From Caldisericum sp. (GTDB lineage Bacteria > Caldisericota > Caldisericia > Caldisericales > Caldisericaceae): a stretch of DNA of 64,000 nt. Within the stretch, counting starts at the first letter, position 1. Every line of letters starts with the position of its first letter. The notes under the pieces were generated by a model that saw only the letters and a program-made list of their open reading frames with translations, made no database searches and was not told where the DNA came from. This document shows positions 34,989 through 43,500 of this stretch, piece after piece. The translations under genes were made by a program, and so were the position numbers. The stretch covers positions 4,263-68,262 of the forward strand of contig JAEMPV010000048.1 of NCBI GenBank assembly GCA_022759145.1, given 5' to 3'.

Positions 34989-36022
34989 TGAATAGTGTTT
35001 TATATGCAATCTATGGACTTTTAATTATCAGTTTTCTTGCGCTTGCCCACGAATTTGGGCACTTTATTGTTGCAAAATTATCAGGCATTCCTGTAGAAGA
35101 ATTTGCAATAGGCTTCGGACCAAGCATTTATGAAAAGAAACCTCAAAAGCCAAACGGCACTACCTTTAAAATCGGACTATTCCCTATTTTGGGTTATGTA
35201 AAAATAAGAGGTATGGAAGATAATTATGACGATCCCGAAGGATTCTATAATAAAGGATTTTTAGCTAAATTCCTTACAATACTTGCAGGGCCGCTTATGA
35301 ATCTTGTAGTTGCAATTCTAATTTTTGGAGTTGTGTTTGCGACGTTTGGAAATCCTTTATCACCTACTACAACTATTGCAAGCGTTGTAAAGGGAAGTCC
35401 CGCTGAACAAGCTCAAATAGTTGCAGGAGATACTATTCTTAAGATAAACGGGACCGAAGTAAAAACCTGGGATGATATAGTAACTGAAATTCAAAAAAAT
35501 AAGGATAACGTAGCAGTAATAGAGATTAAGAGAGGAAACGAAACCTTAGAAGTAAAAGTTGCTCCCCGTTACGACTCTGTTCAAAAAAGATGGTTGATTG
35601 GTATATCCCCGAAAGGAGAGGTCTATCCTTTAGGAAAGTCATTTATAGAGGGAACAAGGTGGACTCTTTCAACGCTTTATAATATGTTTACATTTTTACC
35701 AAAATTGTTTACAAGAACAGGCATTTCATCGGTTACTGGACCTATAGGGATTATATCTATGACCGGCGAAGCAGCATCGGCGGGTTTTTTAAGCCTTCTT
35801 TTCTTTGTTGCTTATATAAGCATTGCACTTGCTTTTACGAATTTGCTTCCCATCCCCCCTCTTGATGGAAGTTGGCTTATTATCATATTAGCAGAAGGCA
35901 TATCACGAAAAAAGTTGCCTAAAGAACTTACAGCTAAGATTCAAAGTATTGCTCTAATTTTCATGCTATTCCTGATGTTTATAGTAAGCATAAACGACAT
36001 TTTGAAATTAATCCACAAATGA
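34985..36022 (+). CDS. rseP: RIP (site-2) zinc metalloprotease RseP/YluC family
   Basis: HEFGHF zinc motif in TM1, central PDZ (GSPAEQAQIVAGDTILKING), C-terminal NLLPIPPLDG. Confidence 0.9.
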   Translation: MMNSVLYAIYGLLIISFLALAHEFGHFIVAKLSGIPVEEFAIGFGPSIYEKKPQKPNGTTFKIGLFPILGYVKIRGMEDNYDDPEGFYNKGFLAKFLTILAGPLMNLVVAILIFGVVFATFGNPLSPTTTIASVVKGSPAEQAQIVAGDTILKINGTEVKTWDDIVTEIQKNKDNVAVIEIKRGNETLEVKVAPRYDSVQKRWLIGISPKGEVYPLGKSFIEGTRWTLSTLYNMFTFLPKLFTRTGISSVTGPIGIISMTGEAASAGFLSLLFFVAYISIALAFTNLLPIPPLDGSWLIIILAEGISRKKLPKELTAKIQSIALIFMLFLMFIVSINDILKLIHK

Positions 36023-37062
36023 GAAAATTAAAAAGAGTTGTTAGAATTGGAAATACCGAAATCGGTGGCGAAAACCCTATTCGTGTTCAGTCGATGACTA
36101 AGACTGACACAAGAGATGTTGATTCGACAGTCAATCAGATACTCGAATTGGAAGAACTGGGTTGTGAGATAATAAGAGTCGCCGTTAAGGATATGGAGGC
36201 TGCATCAAAAATAGGAGAAATAAAAAAGAAAATTCATATCCCACTTGTTGCAGATATCCATTTTGATCCACGGCTTGCTGTAGAATCGATAAAAAATGGA
36301 GCAGATAAAATTAGATTGAATCCGTCTAACATTCAGGATAAGGAGTGGATTAAAAAAGTTGCAACACTATGCAAAGAGAGGAACATACCCATAAGAGTAG
36401 GAGCAAATCTCGGTTCATTTAGAGAAAGACCAAAAGACCTTGTTAAAGCAATGGTTGAGAGCGTAAAAAATGAAGTTGAAATATTAAATTCGGTGGGATT
36501 TGATAATATTGTAATCTCTGCAAAGACGTCGAATGTTTTAACAACAATACAAGTAAACCGACTATTAAGTGATATGTTTGAGTATCCATTCCACATTGGC
36601 GTTACAGAAGCAGGGCCTCTTTCTGATTCACTTGTAAAAAGTAGCATTGGAATTGGTATTCTTTTGAATGAAGGAATTGGAGATACATTAAGAGTTTCAA
36701 TTACAGGGAATCCACGTGAAGAGGTTATTGCTGGATACAAAATACTTAAGGCTCTTGAATTAAGAAAACATGGACTTGAGATTATTTCGTGCCCTACCTG
36801 TGGGAGAGCCGAAGTTGATATAGAAAGTATAGTTACAAAATTGAATACAGATTTCGGTAATGTAAAAACGGAACTAAAAGTAGCGGTAATGGGTTGTGTT
36901 GTAAATGGTCCAGGTGAAGCAAAAGATGCTGATATTGGTGTTGCATGCGGGAAAGACTCTGGAGTTCTCTTTAAGAAAGGCAAAATTGTTAAAGTAGTAA
37001 GGGGCGAAGAAATATATCCTGTCCTTAAAAGCGAAATTGAAAAATTACTTAATGAAGATTAA
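36019..37062 (+). CDS. ispG: 4-hydroxy-3-methylbut-2-enyl diphosphate synthase
   Basis: PIRVQSMT, ADIHFD, RLNPSN, Fe-S ligands CPTCGR...GCVVNGPGE. Confidence 0.93.
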   Translation: MRKLKRVVRIGNTEIGGENPIRVQSMTKTDTRDVDSTVNQILELEELGCEIIRVAVKDMEAASKIGEIKKKIHIPLVADIHFDPRLAVESIKNGADKIRLNPSNIQDKEWIKKVATLCKERNIPIRVGANLGSFRERPKDLVKAMVESVKNEVEILNSVGFDNIVISAKTSNVLTTIQVNRLLSDMFEYPFHIGVTEAGPLSDSLVKSSIGIGILLNEGIGDTLRVSITGNPREEVIAGYKILKALELRKHGLEIISCPTCGRAEVDIESIVTKLNTDFGNVKTELKVAVMGCVVNGPGEAKDADIGVACGKDSGVLFKKGKIVKVVRGEEIYPVLKSEIEKLLNED

Positions 37063-38159
37063 ATTTTCCTTTTTAATTTTGAAGCCAATTTTTCAGAATA
37101 ACGTCTAGAATCAATCATTCTTTTTCTAACATAATCTTCTAAAAATCTTTTCTCATTTTCGGTAATAACTGCACCAAAGTGAGCAAGTTTAAGGATTAGA
37201 GGATATCCTTGACCTCTTTCTATTTCGTAAAGAATTAGCGAGCATAAGTTTTCAAACATTTGATTATTTTCGTAAAGAAAATCTGGAACCTCAATTCTCA
37301 CGACTTCATATTTTGTCTTTAAGAAAAAGAAATATATTCTGTTTGAGTAGTTCGATAGAAGTTTTTCTGTTGATATAAAGAGAGAAGTCCTTTGGTTTTC
37401 TTCGAGCAAAACGCTCATAAGTTCTGCATCAGTTATCGCCCTTAAAAGTTGTTTATCTTTCTCATCAAGTTGTACATTCTTCTTCCTTAAGTACAAGCCC
37501 ATCGTTTTGATAACTTCTCTCGACCTTGTTCCGCTTATAAATCCAGCGATAGCTTTTCCTGCATTTTTTGTTTCAATAATCGGCTTTTCGTATTTCCGAA
37601 TTGCTTCTTGTTCGTTAGTTGCCGTCTTTTTGAGTCCCCATAGTATAAGTGAACCATCAACAAGAGAAATATCGGGTTTATGAGTTTTAATTTTCTGTGC
37701 AAGAAATTCTGCTTCCTGCAAAAGCATATTAAGGTCTATGTCTTGTTCTGTGATAAAATTTCCGTTTGAATCGTAAATATCGTTTTCCCTGAAATATACT
37801 TGAGTTTCAGAGTCTTCAAGATGTCTATGGTTTTTTCCTATTATCTCAAAAACAGATGAAACATTAATTACATAGAATGGTAGAGGAAAGCCCTCTTGCA
37901 TTTCTATTCTTGAACCGTCAACAGCAAGAATCGAATACTCTAAATTATCTTTATCTTGAACAGGAAAAGTTGAAAAGTCATCTATAAATTTTGCAAAACT
38001 GAATTCAGGGGGAGATTTAATTTTATCAACTTCACTTAAGTCGATATCCAAAATTTGCTCTTTAAGCAAATGAATTAGTTCTCGTTTCCTTTTGCTTATT
38101 TCAACATAGTATTTCGAAAGGTTCTCTATTTGTTCTAATGTATCATTCTTAAATTTCAT
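37059..38159 (-). CDS. NurA-domain nuclease-like protein
   Basis: LAVDGSRIE and SLVDGSLILWGL (two DGS motifs), VVRIEVP, GYPLILKLAHFGAVIT. The arrangement matches the catalytic D/E/D/H scaffold of NurA. 366 aa. Confidence 0.6.
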   Translation of the reverse strand: MKFKNDTLEQIENLSKYYVEISKRKRELIHLLKEQILDIDLSEVDKIKSPPEFSFAKFIDDFSTFPVQDKDNLEYSILAVDGSRIEMQEGFPLPFYVINVSSVFEIIGKNHRHLEDSETQVYFRENDIYDSNGNFITEQDIDLNMLLQEAEFLAQKIKTHKPDISLVDGSLILWGLKKTATNEQEAIRKYEKPIIETKNAGKAIAGFISGTRSREVIKTMGLYLRKKNVQLDEKDKQLLRAITDAELMSVLLEENQRTSLFISTEKLLSNYSNRIYFFFLKTKYEVVRIEVPDFLYENNQMFENLCSLILYEIERGQGYPLILKLAHFGAVITENEKRFLEDYVRKRMIDSRRYSEKLASKLKRKI

Positions 38160-38165
38160 ATTAAC

Positions 38166-38171
38166 ATTATA
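38166..38171 (-). promoter_or_regulatory. TATAAT 6 nt upstream of the NurA-like ATG
   Basis: Minus strand reads TATAAT (38171..38166), GTTAAT, ATG (38159). No SD. Confidence 0.4.
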
Positions 38172-38200
38172 ATTTTCTTCCTTAAATTACAAAATTTCAT

Positions 38201-38206
38201 TATAAT
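38201..38206 (+). promoter_or_regulatory. TATAAT 8 nt upstream of the membrane-protein ATG at 38215
   Basis: TATAAT 38201..38206, TGTGCAGT, ATG 38215. No SD. Confidence 0.4.
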
Positions 38207-38214
38207 TGTGCAGT

Positions 38215-39435
38215 ATGAGAGATTTAATTTTCCTTGTGGTATCGCTTCTCCTGATTGGAGTTCTTGTCCAGCTAAAAATAAGCATAGCAATTTCAGTGTT
38301 TTTGCTTGCTATAATTACCGCAATTTTTAAAGGTTTAGACGTAATTTCGATTATCCACCTTCTAACCAAAACATTAACTCATATGGATACAATCAATATG
38401 ATTCTTGTAATGATAATAGTTACTTACCTTGGAGAGATTTTGAAAACTTCAGGGCTACTTTCGGACATATCTTCAACTTTCAAAAAAATTTTCTCACCCA
38501 AAATATATCTTCCTCTTTATGCACTTGTTATAGGTCTTCTACCTATGCCAGGCGGAGCGTTGGTTTCTGCTCCAATGGTTGAAGAAGGTGCACAGGATGT
38601 AGAGATAAATCCAGAGGAAAAGGCATTGTTAAACTTCTGGTTCAGGCATGTTTGGGAACCTATTTCGCCACTTTATCCTGAGTTCCTTCTTGGTGTTTCT
38701 ATACTTGGCACAACAATAGGAAAGGTAATAAGTATCCAATGGCCTGTATCTTTAGGTATGCTTCTTTCTGGAATACTTTTTGTAATACCTCTTATTAAAA
38801 GTGAAACTAAGCCTACTGATGGTGTGAACTTGCAAATTTTAATTAATATATTGAGAAGCCTATCTCCTATAATTTTCATTTTCATAATTCTTATGAGTTT
38901 TAAGAATCTACCAAGTTTCGTTGCAATGCTATCGGGGCTTATTTACCTTATTATTATGAAGAGAGTAACTTTATCAAAACTAAAATCATCCTTTAAGTTC
39001 AAAAAAATCATAGAATACGCATTTTTAATTTACTCCATATTTTTCCTTAGAGAGATAATTACTTCTACTAACTTTGCAGCAAGTGTCTATAACGAGCTTC
39101 AACTACTTAAAGCTCCGACTTTTTTAATTCTGTTCTTGCTTCCTTTTTCAATAGGCTTTCTTGCTGGTATTTCATCTGCTTCAATCGGTATAGCCTATCC
39201 ACTTCTTATGCCTTTGCTTAAGAGCAATGGTGCATTAAGTTCTTCCAATGTTCTTATTGCATATCTTGGAGTATGGACAGCGCTTCTTTTTACGCCGATG
39301 CATCTTTGTCTTTCGCTCAGCGTAGACTATTTCAAAACAAATTTCACTAAAGTTTACAAGCTTATGTTAAAGCCATTTTTATTGTTACTGATTTTAACAT
39401 CTATCTGGATAGTTTTCCTTAAATTTAAACCTTGA
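38215..39435 (+). CDS. Polytopic membrane protein, DUF401-like putative transporter
   Basis: About 406 aa with 10-12 predicted TM helices. The LPMPGGALVSAPM motif resembles DUF401-family permeases. ATG 38215 preferred to the TTG at 38206, which lies inside the TATAAT box. Confidence 0.45.
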   Translation: MRDLIFLVVSLLLIGVLVQLKISIAISVFLLAIITAIFKGLDVISIIHLLTKTLTHMDTINMILVMIIVTYLGEILKTSGLLSDISSTFKKIFSPKIYLPLYALVIGLLPMPGGALVSAPMVEEGAQDVEINPEEKALLNFWFRHVWEPISPLYPEFLLGVSILGTTIGKVISIQWPVSLGMLLSGILFVIPLIKSETKPTDGVNLQILINILRSLSPIIFIFIILMSFKNLPSFVAMLSGLIYLIIMKRVTLSKLKSSFKFKKIIEYAFLIYSIFFLREIITSTNFAASVYNELQLLKAPTFLILFLLPFSIGFLAGISSASIGIAYPLLMPLLKSNGALSSSNVLIAYLGVWTALLFTPMHLCLSLSVDYFKTNFTKVYKLMLKPFLLLLILTSIWIVFLKFKP

Positions 39436-39460
39436 TTTTTTTATCAAATTTTGTTATTAT
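39432..39460 (+). promoter_or_regulatory. Candidate promoter TTGATT-17 nt-(TGt)TATTAT for tRNA-Ser/queD/folE2
   Basis: TTGATT 39432..39437, TG 39452..39453, TATTAT 39455..39460. The tRNA 5' end follows 12 nt later. Confidence 0.5.
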
Positions 39461-39472
39461 TTATAGGCTATT

Positions 39473-39563
39473 GGAGAGGTGACCGAGCGGCTTAAGGTGC
39501 ACGCCTGGAGAGCGTGTGCGGGGCTAAACCCTGCCGTGGGTTCAAATCCCACCCTCTCCGCCA
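39473..39563 (+). tRNA. tRNA-Ser (anticodon GGA), CCA encoded
   Basis: Acceptor GGAGAGG/CCTCTCC, anticodon stem CACGC/GCGTG with loop CUGGAGA, long variable arm (TGCGGGGCTAAACCCTGCCG), T-loop GGTTCAAATCC, discriminator G, then CCA. Confidence 0.93.
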
Positions 39564-39577
39564 TTTATGGAGGCAAA

Positions 39578-39931
39578 ATGTTTCTTTTATCAAGAGAATT
39601 TTCTTTTGATGCTGCTCACAGAGTAGTTGATTACCATGGTAAATGTGAAAATCTGCATGGTCACACCTATCGCCTTATAGTAACAATCACGGGAGAAATT
39701 AAAAATGATGGAATGGTTCTTGACTTTGCTATACTAAAGAAGGTAGTTAATGAGAATGTAATTTCAGAACTTGACCACAGATATTTAAACGACCTTTTTG
39801 AAAATCCAACGACGGAGTTAATTGCTAAATGGATTTATGATAAGTTGAGCGATGCATTTAAAGAGTTTAACTGTAGAGTTTACGAAATAACACTTTTTGA
39901 AGGCAATAACAATAGGGTGACAGTTCGATGA
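39578..39931 (+). CDS. queD: 6-carboxy-5,6,7,8-tetrahydropterin synthase
   Basis: FSFDAAH...CENLHGHTY...LDH motifs. Start at ATG 39578 (MFLLSREF), preceded by GGAGG. The ORF-track start at 39479 reads through the tRNA. Confidence 0.88.
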   Translation: MFLLSREFSFDAAHRVVDYHGKCENLHGHTYRLIVTITGEIKNDGMVLDFAILKKVVNENVISELDHRYLNDLFENPTTELIAKWIYDKLSDAFKEFNCRVYEITLFEGNNNRVTVR

Positions 39932-40701
39932 GAGATGTTCAAAGCGAGAAAGACGAAAGAAATATTTCTATTGAAAAAGTAGGTGTCTCATCTTTAAGAT
40001 ATCCAATTAGAGTTATGGATAGACAAAACGGTTTCCAGAATACAGTTGCATTAGTCGATATTTTCGTTGATTTGCCATCCGATTATAGGGGAACGCATAT
40101 GAGCAGGTTCGTCGAGGTATTAAATAGACACAGAAACAACATGTCACTCTCAAACCTTGAAAAAATCCTTGACGATGTAAAAATTGAACTAAAAGCGAAA
40201 GTTTCTCACATAATTTTAAGGTTTCCCTACTTTATTCTCAAAAAGGCACCTGTAACAAATGAAGAAAGTTTTATGGACTATGAATGTGCCTTTATTGCCT
40301 CGAAAAATGAAAAATTTGAATTTATGCTTGAGGTAAATGTCCCTGTTCACCTTTTGTGTCCCTGCTCAAAAGAAATCTCGGATTTTGGTGCGCACAACCA
40401 GAGAGCAAATGTAAAGGTAAGAATAAAGATGAACAAACTTGTTTGGATTGAAGAAATAGTCGACTTGGTAGAAGATTCCGCCTCGGCGCCACTCTATGCT
40501 TTGCTAAAGCGTCCCGACGAAAAGTATATTACCGAAATGGCGTACACAAACCCAAAGTTTGTTGAGGATATTGTAAGAGATGTTGCAATTGCTTTAGATA
40601 ATGACAAAAGGATAACCTATTACGAGGTAGAAGCAATTAGTTACGAAAGTATTCATAACCATAACGCTTACGCTTACTTACATAGAGATAAAGAAGAATA
40701 G
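39928..40701 (+). CDS. folE2: GTP cyclohydrolase I type 2 (FolE2/MptA family)
   Basis: DVQSEKDERNISIEKVGV...YRGTHMSRF...LCPCSKEIS...AHNQR pattern of the FolE2 family. ATGA overlap with queD. Confidence 0.85.
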   Translation: MRDVQSEKDERNISIEKVGVSSLRYPIRVMDRQNGFQNTVALVDIFVDLPSDYRGTHMSRFVEVLNRHRNNMSLSNLEKILDDVKIELKAKVSHIILRFPYFILKKAPVTNEESFMDYECAFIASKNEKFEFMLEVNVPVHLLCPCSKEISDFGAHNQRANVKVRIKMNKLVWIEEIVDLVEDSASAPLYALLKRPDEKYITEMAYTNPKFVEDIVRDVAIALDNDKRITYYEVEAISYESIHNHNAYAYLHRDKEE

Positions 40702-41257
40702 CAAGCGATAAAAGAAGTGTTCCACCAAACCAAACATAGGCAAGTTTCATAAAAACCTCTTCAGGGAAAAGTCTTATAAGTAGCGTATCGGGGTCAAGAA
40801 GCCAGTAATTGTTTCTAAAAAGAATTCTGTGGAATAAGGTAAAAGCCTCATCAAAATTAGTTAATGAAAATCCAATTAGCGATATAACAAATATTATAGT
40901 AATTACTGCGCTTATTTTAAGGACATCTCTTTTAAGGTTTTTTCGAAAATAAATGATGAAAAATAGTGATAAAAGAAAAAGCAAAAATGAAATAAGAACA
41001 AGTATTTTAACGTCTTTCATATGAATTTTTTCTATCTCTGTAAATCCGTCAATTGTTAGATAAACACTTCTGTCGAAAAAATAACTGATAATTGAAGAAA
41101 CTTTGTTTAAGTATTCTCTCTTTTCGAATCCGTTATATTGCTGAAGATGTAGCATGTCAAAAAGATGAGAAAAAACGCACTGGTTGAGTAAAAGGATCGT
41201 AAATAAGGGAGCAAAAATAAGAACGAGTACTATCGATACAATAAGTATATATTTCAT
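40637..41257 (-). CDS. DUF1461/TIGR01906-like integral membrane protein (Lit-like)
   Basis: 206 aa with 4 TM segments. HRILFRNNYWLLDPDTLLIRLFPEEVF resembles the conserved core of this family. The 3' end overlaps folE2 convergently by 65 nt. Confidence 0.45.
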   Translation of the reverse strand: MKYILIVSIVLVLIFAPLFTILLLNQCVFSHLFDMLHLQQYNGFEKREYLNKVSSIISYFFDRSVYLTIDGFTEIEKIHMKDVKILVLISFLLFLLSLFFIIYFRKNLKRDVLKISAVITIIFVISLIGFSLTNFDEAFTLFHRILFRNNYWLLDPDTLLIRLFPEEVFMKLAYVWFGGTLLLSLAILLYLYVSKRKRYGYEYFRN

Positions 41258-43497
41258 GAGGGTCTTATCTCCATCAGAAGTTTTATTGCACCTGTTTTGC
41301 TGAGCGGGTTATTCTCGTTTCCGCATTTAGGGGAATATATGCACGAGGGGCAACCATCTTTGCAAGGGCATGTTGAAATACTAATGAAAGCCTTTTCTAG
41401 AAGTTCTTCAATTCTATCGTAGGCTTTTTCTGTAATTCCTACACCACCTTCAATTCCATCATATAAAAAGATTGTGGTCATATTCGTGTCAGGATGCATT
41501 GGGTGTGAAACTCCACCGACATCATTTCTATCGCATTGGACGATTAATGGCATAACTCCAACAAGGGCATGTTCTGCTGCATGAATTGCTCCTAAAAAAT
41601 CGTCAGTTTTTTTAATCTTTTCTGTAATGTTGTTTTCTATTGTGAACCATAATGCTTTTGTTTTAAACTCGATTTTTGGAAGTTCAAGAGGAAGCGTTTC
41701 TATTTTCCTGTCTGTAAAGAACTGCTTTTTAACAAAACCTCGAATAACTTCTTCGACAGTAACCTCTCCGTAATACACATTTAGATTCTTTACTTTCTTT
41801 TCCTTTAATATATTATCGATCCATATTGTTTCAACTGCAAGCGAATCCGTGTAATAGTCTGTAGTCTCCTTTTTCAGGTAAACCTCTTTATTTTCTAAAT
41901 CCATAACTTTTACAACATATGTTTCTCCAAGATGCATATAAACAGCACCTACAAAAGCTTCCTCCAATGCTCTACTTTTTGAAATTCTTTCAAGCACATT
42001 CTTTGTATCTATGTCTATAAGTTTTATGTTTTCTTCACCTGCACTTCTCAGGTTAATTCCTGGTGCAGGAGATTTTTTGCTATTCAAAAAATATTTGCTT
42101 CCTCTTTTTGTAAGTAGATTGTTCTTTTCAAATTCAAAAATTGACTCCTTTACGGAATTCCCAAAGTATTCGTTATCAACTTCAGCATCAATCGGAAGTT
42201 CGTAAGAAGCACAGAGTAAATGAGGTTTTAAGATGTATGGGTTATTAAGGTCGATATTAAGACTTTCAAATTTCCGAGAAATTATATAGTCCGGATCTTT
42301 TGTAAAATATTGATCAAGAGGATTGCTACTTGTAATAAAAAAAGTAACAGATTCGTGAGTTCTTCCAGACCTTCCGGATTGCTGAAATAGGCTTGCAACG
42401 CTTCCAGGGTAACCGACGATAACTGTTGAATCTAATTCTCCTATGTCAATTCCAAGTTCGAGAGCGTTAGTTGCAACGACACATTTGATATATCCTTCTT
42501 TTATTTTTCTTTCTATTTCTCTTCGTAGTGTTTTAGTGTAACCTGCTCTGTATGGAGAAATTTCAAAAGATTTGCCCAACCTTTCTTGTAGCAATTTAGT
42601 AAGAATTTCTACTCCTTGTCTTGATTTTACAAAGGCAATTACCGTTTGATTGTTTTTGAGAAGTTTTTCTATTAAATTTACAGATTCCTGAATAATATTC
42701 TTCCTCAAATTAAGTGCTTCATTTACTACTGGTGGATTGTATATTACAAAAGACTTTCTGTATGGTGGATTAAGAGGCCCTTTAACCCACTCAAATCTTT
42801 CGCCTACTAATTTAAAAGCAAATTCAACTGGATTTTCAAGTGTTGCGGAAGATAATATGAATTGAGGATAACTTCCATAATAAGAAAGTATTCTTCTTAA
42901 CCTTCGCATAACCATTGCAAAATGTGCTCCTAAAACTCCTGAGTAGTAATGCGCTTCATCAACTACCACGAATTTCAGCCCGGTTAAAAATCTGCTCCAA
43001 AGCATATGGTTTGGTAATATTCCTACATGAAGAATATCTGGGTTGGCAATAACAATTCTTGAATATTTCCTGAGATTAATCCTTTCTTGGGCTGGCGTGT
43101 CGCCATCATATGTAGAAGATTGCAAATCTGTTATTTCATGGAGCTTTTCTAATTGATCCTGGGCAAGAGCTTTTGTTGGGTAAAGGTACAAAGCTGTTGC
43201 TTGGGGATCTTTGTTAAGTTTTGAAATGATGGGGACATTAAAAGCTAACGTTTTGCCTGAGGAAGTAGAAGAGGTTATTATTACATTATGCCCATCTTTG
43301 AGCAGATTGTACGCTTCGATTTGATGTCTGTATAACCCAAAGATGCCATTATCCTCGAGTTTTTTTCTTAGCTTGCTATCTATATCTAACGGAAAATCAA
43401 ATCTTTCATAAGTGTCCCCTGGAATATCGAATATCTTTACTATTTGCCCTCGATAGTCTTCAGAGGATTTAATTTCTCTTAAAAGATATTCTACCAC
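41254..43497 (-). CDS. DEAD/DEAH-box helicase with C-terminal DUF1998 (MZB) zinc module, MrfA/YprA-like
   Basis: Motif I SSTSSGKTLAF, motif II VVDEAH, motif VI QQSGRSGR. C-terminal Cys cluster CPCKDGCPSCIYSPKCGNENNPL. Confidence 0.85.
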   Translation of the reverse strand: MVEYLLREIKSSEDYRGQIVKIFDIPGDTYERFDFPLDIDSKLRKKLEDNGIFGLYRHQIEAYNLLKDGHNVIITSSTSSGKTLAFNVPIISKLNKDPQATALYLYPTKALAQDQLEKLHEITDLQSSTYDGDTPAQERINLRKYSRIVIANPDILHVGILPNHMLWSRFLTGLKFVVVDEAHYYSGVLGAHFAMVMRRLRRILSYYGSYPQFILSSATLENPVEFAFKLVGERFEWVKGPLNPPYRKSFVIYNPPVVNEALNLRKNIIQESVNLIEKLLKNNQTVIAFVKSRQGVEILTKLLQERLGKSFEISPYRAGYTKTLRREIERKIKEGYIKCVVATNALELGIDIGELDSTVIVGYPGSVASLFQQSGRSGRTHESVTFFITSSNPLDQYFTKDPDYIISRKFESLNIDLNNPYILKPHLLCASYELPIDAEVDNEYFGNSVKESIFEFEKNNLLTKRGSKYFLNSKKSPAPGINLRSAGEENIKLIDIDTKNVLERISKSRALEEAFVGAVYMHLGETYVVKVMDLENKEVYLKKETTDYYTDSLAVETIWIDNILKEKKVKNLNVYYGEVTVEEVIRGFVKKQFFTDRKIETLPLELPKIEFKTKALWFTIENNITEKIKKTDDFLGAIHAAEHALVGVMPLIVQCDRNDVGGVSHPMHPDTNMTTIFLYDGIEGGVGITEKAYDRIEELLEKAFISISTCPCKDGCPSCIYSPKCGNENNPLSKTGAIKLLMEIRPS

Positions 43498-43500
43498 TCT

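Noticed and set aside
36333-36983. 216-aa minus-strand ORF antisense to ispG
   Set aside because: A shadow ORF inside a well-supported conserved CDS. Low-complexity S/P/F/T-rich product with no translation signals.
38187-38369. 60-aa minus-strand ORF overlapping the NurA/membrane-protein spacer
   Set aside because: It runs antisense through the start of the membrane-protein gene and across both TATAAT boxes. No signals and no motif.
39479-39577. N-terminal 33 codons of the ORF-track 150-aa protein (MTERLKVHAWRACAGLNPAVGSNPTLSAIYGGK)
   Set aside because: This stretch is the tRNA-Ser gene read as protein. The real queD start is ATG 39578, with its own GGAGG.
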